Assembly (NCBI GenBank): GCA_963760145.1
Contig: CAVXBW010000019.1
Span: forward strand, 68,348 to 132,347
DNA length: 64,000 bases
Direction: 5' to 3'
Origin: an uncultured Deinococcaceae bacterium
GTDB taxonomy: Bacteria; Deinococcota; Deinococci; Deinococcales; Deinococcaceae
Below are positions 26,001 through 34,600 of this stretch, in pieces. The notes under the pieces are model-generated. The model saw nothing but the letters and a program-made list of their open reading frames with translations. It did not search any database and had not been told where the DNA came from. Position numbers and translations under genes: made by a program. The first letter of the stretch is position 1; every line of letters starts with the position of its first letter.

Positions 26001-28059
26001 CAACGTCACGGGTGTGGACTTCGGCTTCAACTTCAGCACCGTCGTCAATGTGGCGAATGCGGGGCAGGGGAGCCTACGGCAATTTGTCATCAACACCAAC
26101 GCGCTGGACAATTCGGGGCTGGCTCAAAGTGGCAACCGGGCTTCCAAAGTCACGGGCGCCGCTGAAGCGCTGCCCACGGCCCGCGACAGCAGCATTTTCA
26201 TGATTCCTACGGGAGCCTTGACCGGCGGTGTAGCGATGATTTCTTTGAGCAGCGCCTTACCAGCCATCAGCCGCAGCAATGTCAGCATTGACGGCAGCAC
26301 CCAGACCATTAACATCGGCAACACCAATGCCGGCACGCTCGGAACGGGCGGAACAGTCGGTTACCTCGTGACAGCCAGCCTCGATACTGTGCAAAAGCCC
26401 GAAGTCCAGCTGGTGGGCACGTCTGCCCTGGCGGTCGGCTTGGACCTCACGGCCAGCAATGCCCAGGTGCGCGGGTTGTCCATTTACGGCTTCGGCAGCG
26501 GCCCCAACAACGACACGTACGCCAACATCCGCATCGGTGCGGCGGCGAGCGGCACCCTGGTCGAGGCCAACATCATCGGCTCGCCGGCCACCAGCTTCAC
26601 TTGCGGCGCGGCGACCACCACCGCGCTGAGCAATGCCGACAACATCCGTTCTGTAGGCGGCACCACCGGCACTGTTCAGAACAACTTGATCGGCTGCGCT
26701 TCCGGAAAGGGTGTTGGCGTTCAGAGCGTTTCGGTGGGCTGGAGCATTCTGGACAACGAGATTCGCGGCAACGGAATCGGCTACGCCGGGCTGGACGGCA
26801 TTGATATGGAAGATCCCGGCAGCAAATCCCACACCGTGCGCGGCAATCTGATTACCGAGAACGGCGGCGTGGGGGTAGACGGGTATTCCGGCGGCGGCAG
26901 TAATTTGATCGAGCGCAATACCATCACCGGAAACGGCATTGCCCAGAGCTCGTCGTCGGCAGGTGAAACGCCCGGCTTGCGGCTCTACAGCGCCAACAAC
27001 ACGGTCAAGAACAATGTCATCGCTCTGAACTACGGCGCGGGCGTGATGGTCACCGGCGGCGTCAGCGGAAACCTCATTTCGCAGAACAGCATCTATGACA
27101 ACGGCACGGTGACATTGCAAAACGGCAAAGCCGCCAGCGGCCAGATCGGCATTGATCTGCTGGGTTCCAGCGATTCCGTGCTGGTGGGAACCGCGCCGTA
27201 CGTCACTAAAAACGACGTCGGTGACCTCGACAGCGGCGGCAACGACCTGCTCAACTTTCCTGTCTTTAATGCTGCCCTGATCGTAGGCAGCAACTTGCAG
27301 CTGACCGGATATGCCCGGCCCGGCAGCACCATCGAAGTGTTCATCGCGGCGGCAGACGCCAGCGGTTTCGGAGAAGGCAAAACGTACCTCACCACCCTGA
27401 CCGAGGGCAGCGCCGCCGATACCGATACCGGTAGCGGAAGCTACAACGACCCGGTGCTCGGAAGCGACACCACCAACCTGTTCAAGTTCACTGTTCCGCT
27501 GCCCAGCGGCGTGGTCGCCGGAACGAAGTTGACGGCCACCGCCACCTGCCTGACGGGCGCCTGCACCGGCACCACGGTAACGGCCAATTCAACCAGCGAG
27601 TTCAGCTACAACGTTTCTGTGGTGTTGGCGCAGACGCCCAGCGTTACCCTGACCAAACTGGGCCGCAACGTCACCAAGAACACGGCCTTTATCGCCGGCA
27701 GCGGCAGCGTGGGCGTGTTGCCCGGTGAGACCATCGAGTACTGCATCGCCTACCAAAATGCCGGGGGCGTGGCGCCGAACTTCAAGATCACGGATAACGT
27801 TCCGGCCGGGCTGGTAGCGTTGCCAGATGCTTACGCGGTGGGAAAAGGCGTCCGCTTTGCGCCGAGCACCACCATCGCCGCAGGCGCGACGGCTGCGCCC
27901 GCCGGCAGCGACTTGACCAACGCCAGCGACACGGATCAGGGCAGCCTGACCTTGACTGGCGGCGGCTTTGGTAACGGCGTCATGTCTCTGAATCTGGGAG
28001 CGGCTGGTCTGAGCGCCAGTGGCAGCGGCACCGTCTGCTTCCGCACCAGGTTGCCCTAG
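23008..28059 (+). CDS. 1683-aa secreted adhesin: N-terminal lectin-like domain, four DUF11-like repeats, SdrD B-like domain, parallel beta-helix, truncated C-terminal DUF11
   Basis: Intact ORF overlapping the upstream stop (GTGA); ADLAVTKT...TNNGPS...NNTASD; ISGSVFVD...TDASGAYSF; GSLRQFVINTNA and N-I-x-x-N beta-helix repeats. Confidence 0.9.
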   Translation: MKLKSDSWWSCSRLLAVLVALLGFGGLVRAESFNLEFVNGVAVPGGGTCTLTVNSRCRFNNVVVGAGTGSSNTFQRDIIVTLTKLVNATLDPAAVFDNPTPSLSTTPPSAATATQLFAPTVLPTQTTPNIDGWAEFTFDFITPGGAVPAVGAGTAILPGSFWVTSYDTDGSGTLREFVEFLGIPATSTGLSASSTLSSNTAIDGGVQYQSGTVGQAGITTLDTYKASAQYSNVSSFKLVYGAHTGTSGSTAGGRLTAFDFFKPDAIFLRPDVNGYKSVKFTTDADSSGSLTPGDTLTYTVTYVNTGNVAVSNFQIVDTLPTGVTTTAGAQTVRVNGAVTPGSKNTAYTGKAANINLLSTGQTLAIDGTISVDIPVTVNSISIDNTVLSNQTNSSGGFIDAINTSMTMTSVSSDNVDTTTAFSPNVSGASGFGSVPSGSIAQTQTAAVDPTTVTVRLLPSPGITKAFTPTSIALNTISTLTFTLTNSSTGTLTNLNFTDALSGMSVSSATIGGTCAATSSPALAVDATALNLTVPSLAASGSCTVTVSVKGTVIGVNPNTASGVTSTQTPTAGSASNTANLTVTPLAPAISKSFNPSSVLQGGTTQLTINVTNPNGVAATALTLTDDIAATTGLTGLSISSVVSDNCKSGGTVTTTSGKYTLTGGTLPAAGCAVVLNLMLPSSGTTGSVTNTIQGSSVTGTIGGQSLPTPTDASAALNVQPVADLAVTKTNGVSSVAAGSNTTYTVRVTNNGPSSVTGAVLKDPLATGLTQTGAACTSASGNTCAAAPTTTALQSAGVTLPALASGGFYELTVTASVTASSGNVTNTATIAVPSGVTDPVSTNNTASDTDSVTGLSYSISGSVFVDTNYGGGAGRPYNAAQGMTLRPGVRVELYSLAGTFISAVLTDASGAYSFANQSAGSYQVRAVNAFVTSSRTGGCTPSTVVATPPTCTQLPVQTYIYGAAAQVGGANPAGADPALSSTTLPAAAQSVASVTLSSANVTGVDFGFNFSTVVNVANAGQGSLRQFVINTNALDNSGLAQSGNRASKVTGAAEALPTARDSSIFMIPTGALTGGVAMISLSSALPAISRSNVSIDGSTQTINIGNTNAGTLGTGGTVGYLVTASLDTVQKPEVQLVGTSALAVGLDLTASNAQVRGLSIYGFGSGPNNDTYANIRIGAAASGTLVEANIIGSPATSFTCGAATTTALSNADNIRSVGGTTGTVQNNLIGCASGKGVGVQSVSVGWSILDNEIRGNGIGYAGLDGIDMEDPGSKSHTVRGNLITENGGVGVDGYSGGGSNLIERNTITGNGIAQSSSSAGETPGLRLYSANNTVKNNVIALNYGAGVMVTGGVSGNLISQNSIYDNGTVTLQNGKAASGQIGIDLLGSSDSVLVGTAPYVTKNDVGDLDSGGNDLLNFPVFNAALIVGSNLQLTGYARPGSTIEVFIAAADASGFGEGKTYLTTLTEGSAADTDTGSGSYNDPVLGSDTTNLFKFTVPLPSGVVAGTKLTATATCLTGACTGTTVTANSTSEFSYNVSVVLAQTPSVTLTKLGRNVTKNTAFIAGSGSVGVLPGETIEYCIAYQNAGGVAPNFKITDNVPAGLVALPDAYAVGKGVRFAPSTTIAAGATAAPAGSDLTNASDTDQGSLTLTGGGFGNGVMSLNLGAAGLSASGSGTVCFRTRLP

Positions 28060-28188
28060 CACATCGGTCATCAGAACTGCGCCGCTCTGATAACCGAGCA
28101 GGCTTACAAAGCGGTCAAGTAGAAGTGGGTGAAACGCGTGCTGGAACTGTGGGGAAGGCTCAGGCGTCCCCGGAACCAGAAGCGAAAG

Positions 28189-28230
28189 GAGTGGTATTGA
28201 CTGCTGTGCTTTCCGCAGTCAATACCACTC
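28189..28230. terminator. 16-bp stem hairpin ending the operon and the convergent gene
   Basis: GAGTGGTATTGACTGC-N10-GCAGTCAATACCACTC. Confidence 0.7.
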
Positions 28231-28255
28231 TCCACTGCTCCAATACGCGCCGAAT

Positions 28256-29410
28256 TTAGCCGCGCCGCACCAGCAATTCTCCGTACACCTGCGCCAGCGC
28301 TGAGGCCCGCACCCGCAGGTCGTACTGCTCGGCGCTGGTTTTGGCGGCGGCGCGGCGCTGCGGCAAGGTGGCAGGATCGAGGACTTCGAGCAGCCCAGCG
28401 GCCAGCGCCTCGCCGTGCGCCTCGCGGATCAGGCCGTTGACGCCGTGCAGCGCTGTGGGCTGAATCAGGTCCTCGGCGGCGGGGCTGCGGGCGGCGACCA
28501 GCGGCGTGCCGGCGGCCAGCGCCTCGATCATGGACATCGGCAGCACTTCGCTGGTGCTGGCCGTCAGAAACACGTCGGCGGCGGCCAGCATCTGCGGCAC
28601 CTCGGCGTAGGGCACCGCGCCGGTAAACACCGCGCCCGGCGGCTTGAGCGCCTCCAGCGCCGACCTTGCCGGTCCGTCGCCCACGACCAGCAAGCGCAGC
28701 TCAGGTCTGCTGGCGCGCGCCTGAGCAAAGGCCCGCAGCATCACGTCCAGGTTTTTCTCGGCGGCCAGTCGGCCCAGCGAAATCACCAGCGGAGCAGACT
28801 CGGCAACGCCGTAGCGCTCCCGCACCTTTAGGCGCGTTTGCGGCGTGTCGGCGGCCTGAAACGAAGCCAGATTCACCGGGTTGGGCATCTGGTCTACCCG
28901 GCCGGCAAAGCCGTAGCCGCGCAACATGTCTTCCATCGCCCGGCCCGGCACCAGCACCTGATCCACGCTGCGGGCAAACGTCACCACGTGGGCGCGGGTC
29001 AGCCCCCGGCCCATCCGGCGCGGCATCAGCGGCGCGTAGTGCAGGTACTGTTCGTACTGGGTATGGGCAGTGAACACCACCGGAGCCTGAAAGCGCCGCC
29101 CCCACAGCCGGGCCAGCATGCCCGGCAAAAACGGGTGCATGGTATGAAAGACGTCGGTGCCTTTTAACGGCAGCCCCGCCACCACCGCCGCATTGGGCCA
29201 CAGCAAGATCGGGTAATCGGCCGGCGCGCCCATCATGGTGCTGGGCAGGCGGTACACCCCCGGCTCGGCGGGCGGGCGGGCCGGGTGGTGGGGCGCGTAG
29301 ATGCTGACCTCGTGGCCCAGGGCGCGCAGTCCCTGGGCAAACAGCGCCGTGCTGGTCGCCACGCCGTTGCGTGAAGGCAGGTAAGTGGTGGTGACAAAAC
29401 CGATACGCAC
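28256..29410 (-). CDS. GT4 glycosyltransferase (1,2-diacylglycerol glucosyltransferase-like)
   Basis: [49 protein letters not shown]. Confidence 0.9.
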   Translation of the reverse strand: MRIGFVTTTYLPSRNGVATSTALFAQGLRALGHEVSIYAPHHPARPPAEPGVYRLPSTMMGAPADYPILLWPNAAVVAGLPLKGTDVFHTMHPFLPGMLARLWGRRFQAPVVFTAHTQYEQYLHYAPLMPRRMGRGLTRAHVVTFARSVDQVLVPGRAMEDMLRGYGFAGRVDQMPNPVNLASFQAADTPQTRLKVRERYGVAESAPLVISLGRLAAEKNLDVMLRAFAQARASRPELRLLVVGDGPARSALEALKPPGAVFTGAVPYAEVPQMLAAADVFLTASTSEVLPMSMIEALAAGTPLVAARSPAAEDLIQPTALHGVNGLIREAHGEALAAGLLEVLDPATLPQRRAAAKTSAEQYDLRVRASALAQVYGELLVRRG

Positions 29411-29476
29411 GTTGCAACTGAGTGTAGCGTGCCGGCCCGCCGGCACCGGCCTGCCTGCGACGTTACACTTCAGGGC

Positions 29477-30211
29477 ATGACTGCTTTCTCTGCCGATTCC
29501 CTGACTGCGCCGCTGGTGTTGCCGTGCGTGGATATTCAGCAGGGCCGCGCTGTGCGCCTCTTCGAGGGCGACCCGGAGCGCGAGACCGTGTATTTTGAGT
29601 CGCCGCTGGACGCCGCCCGGCACTGGGTGTCGCTCGGCGCGGGCATGCTGCACCTGGTGGACCTCGACGCCGCCACCGGGCGCGGCGACAACGCCGAGAT
29701 CATCGCCCGGATCGTGGGCGACATCGGCGTGCCGGTGGAAGTCGGCGGCGGTATCCGTGACCGCCAGCGGGCCGAGGCCCTGATCGAACTCGGCGCCGCG
29801 CGCGTCGTGATCGGCACGGCAGCCATTTCTCAGCCGCAGCTGATCAGCGACCTGATCGCCGCGCACGGACCGGAGCGGGTGGTGGTCAGCGTGGACGCGC
29901 GCGGCCTGGAAGTCGCCACCCACGGCTGGGCGCAGGGCAGCGGCGTGATGGTGGCCGAACTCACCGCCGGGCTGGCCGGGCGCGGCCTGGAGACCCTGAT
30001 CTTTACCGATGTCAGCCGCGACGGTACCCTGCGCGGCCTCGACGCCGAGCTGATGGCCGAGGTGCGGCGGCTGTGGATCAACACCCTGATCGTGGGCGGC
30101 GGAGTGCGCGATTTGCAGGACCTGGCCCTGCTCTCGGCGCTGGGCATTCAGGGCGCCATCGTGGGGCGGGCCATCTACGAGGGCACCTTGCCGTATCCGC
30201 TGCCGAGCTGA
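29477..30211 (+). CDS. hisA: ProFAR isomerase HisA
   Basis: [41 protein letters not shown]. Confidence 0.96.
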   Translation: MTAFSADSLTAPLVLPCVDIQQGRAVRLFEGDPERETVYFESPLDAARHWVSLGAGMLHLVDLDAATGRGDNAEIIARIVGDIGVPVEVGGGIRDRQRAEALIELGAARVVIGTAAISQPQLISDLIAAHGPERVVVSVDARGLEVATHGWAQGSGVMVAELTAGLAGRGLETLIFTDVSRDGTLRGLDAELMAEVRRLWINTLIVGGGVRDLQDLALLSALGIQGAIVGRAIYEGTLPYPLPS

Positions 30212-30226
30212 GCGCTAGACTCACCC

Positions 30227-30775
30227 ATGACTCCTGCACCGCTGACGTCCTCACGCCGCTTCTGGAAATTGCTCCTGGCGCTGGTCCTGCTGATCGCATC
30301 GGCGCTGCTCGTAAGGGGCCGGCGCGATCAGCTCAAGGCGCTGACGATTGACGCCGCGCTGGAAACGCCTGCCCGCCGCCGCAGTTACGCTGAGCTGCGC
30401 CGCAGCCTCGACGAGGCCGGAGTGCGCATGGAGCGCCGCGCGGCCCAGGCTGCCGACACCGAGAGCAACCGCCGGCAGCTTCGGCACATCATCGGCATTG
30501 AGCGCTGGGGCCAGTCCCGCTTGAAGGTGCTCGGCGGCGCTCCATTCGTCGAGGGCGGCCACCGGCCCTACCTGCCCGCCGACGCCCTGGACCTGGCGGG
30601 CCTGCGCCAGCTCGCCTCGCTGACCCGCGCCCAGACCAGCGAGTTCGCGCGAAGTTTTGAGGTTCGGCCGCCGCAGGACAAAGTCGAGCACAACGCGCTG
30701 GGGCCAATCAGCGCCCGCGCCTGGCTGCGCTACCTGATCCTGCACGCCGAGCTCGAAAGCCTGCGCCTGAAGTGA
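30227..30775 (+). CDS. DinB-like family protein with N-terminal TM helix
   Basis: LRHIIGIERW and H-x-x-L-G-P...WLRYLILHA pattern. Confidence 0.6.
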   Translation: MTPAPLTSSRRFWKLLLALVLLIASALLVRGRRDQLKALTIDAALETPARRRSYAELRRSLDEAGVRMERRAAQAADTESNRRQLRHIIGIERWGQSRLKVLGGAPFVEGGHRPYLPADALDLAGLRQLASLTRAQTSEFARSFEVRPPQDKVEHNALGPISARAWLRYLILHAELESLRLK

Positions 30776-30779
30776 GTCT

Positions 30780-31910
30780 TCAGTGAAACGGGCAGGCGGG
30801 GCCGGTGGCCGCGCCGCTGCTTTCAAGCCAGCCGGGAGTGGAGCGCAAAAAGGCGGGCCGCACCGCCTCGTCCTCGCGGTACTGGCGGTGCCAGATGGCC
30901 GAAGTCGCCGGCGAGAGCGGCGAGATCAGCCAGCTCCAGCGGCCCTGCACGCCCCGCCCGGCCCGCTGCTCCCGCGCCTCGAAGCGAACGAAATGGCGCG
31001 ACACGCTGTGGTGGTCGGCCAGTTTGACGCCCGCCGTATCGAAGCTGTGCAGCGTGGCCACGTTGAGTTCGAGCAGGGCGCGGTCACGCCACAGCGTGCG
31101 CTCACGCCGGGTGTCGAGGCCCAGCGCCCGCGCCACGCCGGGCAACTGGTCGTAGCGCTGAGCATCGGCCAGGTTGCGGGCGGCGATCTCGGTTTGGAGG
31201 TACCAGCCGTTAAACGGAGCGCAGTCAAACGTCAGGCCGCCGACTTCAAGCTGCATGTCGCTGATCACCGGCAGGGCGTGCCACTTGAGGCCGAGCGCCG
31301 CGAAGTCCGGGCAGGTGGGGTGCGTCAGGGTAACTTCCTGCACGTCTTCCGGCGCCAGCGAATAGAGATGCACCTGTCCGCGCCACTCGATGGCCAGCGG
31401 CAGCACGTCGAAGGGACCGGGACATTCGGGCAGCGACCAGCCGTGGGCCAGCACGAAGCGGGTGAGCTCGGCGTTTTGCGGATCGCCCAGGCCGTGCCCG
31501 TGGCCGGCGTAGCGAATGATCTGGTCGTTGATGATCCTGACGCCGGGGCCGAAGACGCTGATGAGCGGTTTGATCTGCCCGCCGTTCCAGGCGGCTTTCA
31601 GGTGGGCACGCACCTCGGCGAACACCTCGTCCGGCGTCTGGATGTGTCGCAGGTCGCGGACCGTCAGCGCCGGCCAGTAGGCCCGGCCCACGCAGCGTGC
31701 CGAGTGGCGCCAGGCCAGTTTGGCTCCGTGGGCGAGTTCGGCGGCGGTGAGCTGGTAGGTGCCGCTGCGGGCGATCTCGGCGGCGACCTGTTCGAGGCGT
31801 ACTGTCAGGCCGCTTCGCCGCGTCTCGCTGTAAAAGGCCCGCAAAAACGGCTGGGCGGCGGCCCACACTTCGGCAGTCTGCGGCCAGGGCCAGGAATGAG
31901 CCTGCGACAT
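30780..31910 (-). CDS. nos: bacterial nitric oxide synthase oxygenase
   Basis: AWRHSARCVGR heme-thiolate motif, PFNGWYLQTEIAARNLAD, DHH, WSWL. Confidence 0.96.
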   Translation of the reverse strand: MSQAHSWPWPQTAEVWAAAQPFLRAFYSETRRSGLTVRLEQVAAEIARSGTYQLTAAELAHGAKLAWRHSARCVGRAYWPALTVRDLRHIQTPDEVFAEVRAHLKAAWNGGQIKPLISVFGPGVRIINDQIIRYAGHGHGLGDPQNAELTRFVLAHGWSLPECPGPFDVLPLAIEWRGQVHLYSLAPEDVQEVTLTHPTCPDFAALGLKWHALPVISDMQLEVGGLTFDCAPFNGWYLQTEIAARNLADAQRYDQLPGVARALGLDTRRERTLWRDRALLELNVATLHSFDTAGVKLADHHSVSRHFVRFEAREQRAGRGVQGRWSWLISPLSPATSAIWHRQYREDEAVRPAFLRSTPGWLESSGAATGPACPFH

Positions 31911-31964
31911 CCTGCCAGCTTGAAGGCCCCAGGCGGGCCGGATGTCCTGCCGCCTTGGTGCGGC

Positions 31965-33356
31965 TTACAATTGCGCCGCTTCGCGTCCCAGCAGCAGGGT
32001 TCCCAGACCCCAGGCGCTGCCGATGAGTGCCAGACCTGCCGCCAGCGCCGGCACGCTCAGCGAGGCGCTGAAAGCCAGCAGGCCCGCCAGCGGCCCCGAC
32101 ACCTCCGGCCAGGCGAGGTGCAGCCGCCGCGCCACGCTGCGCCCCGCCGCGTGCAGGCTCACGCTCAGGCCGATGGCGGCGGCCAGGGCGCCGAGTACTC
32201 CCAGCGCCGTACTCGCCGCCGCCCAGCCGAACGACAGCAGCATCAGGGCCAGCCCGCCGAGCGCCAGGCCCGCCAGCGTACCGGCGGCCAGCGTCTGAAT
32301 CGGCGCTCGGCGCTGCCGCCGGGCCAGCCGGGCGCCCCAGCCGCCGCGCAGCAGCAGGGCCGTGACCGCCAGCAGCAGCCCGGCGCCCAGCCAGCGTTCC
32401 AGCAGCAGGTGCGGCGCCGGATGAACCGGGCTGAGCACGGCCAAATGCGCTTGCAGCGGCGTGTGCTGTAAAGCGTCCCAGAGTGCCGGCAGGGTCAACA
32501 CCCCGGTCATGGCGAAGGCCAGGGCACCGAGTCGGCGCACCGCCGGTGTGGGGCGGGCCACGATCAGCCAGCTCAGCAGGGCCAGCAGGCCCACGCCCAG
32601 CACTTGCCAGATCGGCAGCGAAACCGGAATCAGCGTGCCGAGGGTCTGCTGCGCCGCCGGGCTGCCGCGCAATACGGTCAGGCCGCCAAAGGCCAGCACC
32701 ACCCCCAGGCCGCCCAGTCCGGAAGGACCGCCCGGCGGATTGAGGCGGGTGCGGCCCAGCGGCGGCAGAGTGGCCGGCAGTTCTTCACTCGGCGGGGCGT
32801 GCCCACTTCCAGAGAAAGCGCGGGAGCCCGGCGCCTCGGCGGCCACCCGCGCCGACAGGTCGGCGGCCAGCGAGCGCGGCAGTTCGGGCCGGGGCCACTG
32901 CCGCAGCAGGGCCGGGAGCGGCCCAGCGCCGAGCGCGGCGCGTTCGGGTACCAGCGCTTCCTGGGCGATCTGTGCGGCGAGGTCGGCGGCCAGCGGGCGC
33001 GGCGGCCGCACGTCTGCCGAGAGCTGGCGGCTTAAGGCCACGTCGCCCGCCACCTCGGCGGCCAGCGAGCGCAGACGCGGCGCGGGCCGGCTGAGGGCAC
33101 GCTGAAGCTGGATGTCCTGCACGGCGGCGTGTGCCAGGGGGCTGGGGCTGGGGCCGGGCAGTGCCGGCGACAACGCCTGGGGACGCTCTGGCAAAGGTGC
33201 GCGGCGCAGCTGCCCGGCGGCTTCCTCCCAGCTCTCGGCGGCCTGCCGGTGCAGGACGTCTCGCAGCGCCTCGCTGAGCCGTTCTCGTTCGGGCCCACTC
33301 AACTGTTCTCCGTCCTGGGCGCAGTGCCACAACTCGCGCCAGTCTCGCCTTGTCAT
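31965..33356 (-). CDS. membrane protein, probable anti-sigma factor
   Basis: Directly downstream of the ECF sigma; cytoplasmic N-terminus with repeated PRSLAADLA motifs, multi-TM C-terminus. Confidence 0.6.
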   Translation of the reverse strand: MTRRDWRELWHCAQDGEQLSGPERERLSEALRDVLHRQAAESWEEAAGQLRRAPLPERPQALSPALPGPSPSPLAHAAVQDIQLQRALSRPAPRLRSLAAEVAGDVALSRQLSADVRPPRPLAADLAAQIAQEALVPERAALGAGPLPALLRQWPRPELPRSLAADLSARVAAEAPGSRAFSGSGHAPPSEELPATLPPLGRTRLNPPGGPSGLGGLGVVLAFGGLTVLRGSPAAQQTLGTLIPVSLPIWQVLGVGLLALLSWLIVARPTPAVRRLGALAFAMTGVLTLPALWDALQHTPLQAHLAVLSPVHPAPHLLLERWLGAGLLLAVTALLLRGGWGARLARRQRRAPIQTLAAGTLAGLALGGLALMLLSFGWAAASTALGVLGALAAAIGLSVSLHAAGRSVARRLHLAWPEVSGPLAGLLAFSASLSVPALAAGLALIGSAWGLGTLLLGREAAQL

Positions 33357-33510
33357 CGTTTCACCTTTCCCTTCAAGGCCTGGGCCTGTCCGCCTACCCT
33401 GCTGACCAGACCAGCTCGATAACAAGCCTACGCGCTGCGGCGAACGAAGGTTCCCACAGGTGAAGCGCTTGGGTCGGGTGAATCAGGTGGCCCAAACGAA
33501 CCGAAAAGGC

Positions 33511-34086
33511 TCAGTGAATGTCGCTGACGCTCTCCAGCAGCCCGGCGAGTTGCTCCTTGGCCCGGAAGACCCGGCTCTTGGCTGTGCCCAGCGCCACGCC
33601 CTGAATCTGGGCGATGTCGTCGTAGGGCAAGTCCTCGACAAATCTCAGCACCACTGCCTCGCGGTATTCGGGAGCGAGCTGCATCAGGGCCCGCTGCACC
33701 CGGTCTTGCCGCTGGGCGCTCTCGGCGTGCTGCACCGGGCTGCGCGAGGCGCTGACCACCTCGAAGCCCACATCGTCCTGGGCTTCTTCCAGCGAAAAGC
33801 GGCCGAGCTGCTTGCGGCGGTGCTTCTCGATCTGGGTGTTGCGGGCGATCTGGTAGAGCCACGGCAAGGCCCGCTCGCCGGCGCGGAAGGTGCGAATCGA
33901 GCGCCAGGCCCGGTAAAAGACTTCCTGCGTCAAATCGAGCGCGTCTTCGGCGTGGCCTTCCAGGCGGTAGAGGTAAGCGTACATCCGCTTTTCGTGAAGC
34001 GAAATAAAGTCGTACCAGGCCGCTTCGTCGCCGCAGCTCAGCCGCTCCAGGTGTGGGCCGTCCAGGACGTCTTCAGGCGCGCTCAT
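33511..34086 (-). CDS. ECF RNA polymerase sigma factor
   Basis: DALDLTQEVFYRAW, WLYQIARN, GTAKSRVFRAK (regions 2 and 4). Confidence 0.95.
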   Translation of the reverse strand: MSAPEDVLDGPHLERLSCGDEAAWYDFISLHEKRMYAYLYRLEGHAEDALDLTQEVFYRAWRSIRTFRAGERALPWLYQIARNTQIEKHRRKQLGRFSLEEAQDDVGFEVVSASRSPVQHAESAQRQDRVQRALMQLAPEYREAVVLRFVEDLPYDDIAQIQGVALGTAKSRVFRAKEQLAGLLESVSDIH

Positions 34087-34172
34087 CTTCAAGAGGATAC
34101 AGCCCGGTAGCAGTGATAGGCGTCCAACTTTTGGCCTACGACGCCGGGGAGCCGGGCCGGTAGGATGGGCGG

Positions 34173-34538
34173 GTGTCTTCCGCTTCCCCTGATGCTCCCG
34201 CCGTTTCCGGTCTGGCCCATACCCTGTCTCAGGCCGTATTGCCGCTGCTGCCGCCACTCTCGCTCGGCGCGCTGCTGGGCTTCGCGGCAGGGTACGCCGT
34301 GCGGGTGGTCGGCAAGGTGGTGCTGCTCATCGTGGGCCTGCTCTTCGTTGCCCTGCAACTGCTCTCGTATTTCGGCCTGATCAGCATCAACTGGCTGCAG
34401 CTGGAAGCGCTCAGCGGTCCCTGGTTGCAGGGCAACGGCAAGAGCGTCTGGACCTGGGTGTCGGGCATCCTCACCCATGATCTTCCCTTCGGCGGCGCTT
34501 TTGTGGTGGGGTTGCTGCTGGGCCTGCGGCGGCGCTGA
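34173..34538 (+). CDS. FUN14 family membrane protein
   Basis: GALLGFAAGYAVRVVGK...GLISINW. Confidence 0.8.
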   Translation: MSSASPDAPAVSGLAHTLSQAVLPLLPPLSLGALLGFAAGYAVRVVGKVVLLIVGLLFVALQLLSYFGLISINWLQLEALSGPWLQGNGKSVWTWVSGILTHDLPFGGAFVVGLLLGLRRR

Positions 34539-34548
34539 AGTCCGGCAC

Positions 34549-34588
34549 GAAAACGGCGCTTCCTGAAAGATTGGGAAGCGCCGTTTTC
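34549..34588. terminator. bidirectional intrinsic terminator
   Basis: GAAAACGGCGCTTCC...GGAAGCGCCGTTTTC between convergent genes. Confidence 0.8.
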
Positions 34589-34600
34589 ATTTTGGGTGTC

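Noticed and set aside
14071..28059. Classical chaperone-usher, sortase, type IV or curli pilus, or S-layer locus
   Set aside because: No PapD/PapC motifs, LPXTG/sortase, prepilin GFxxxE, curli repeats or SLH domains were recognised
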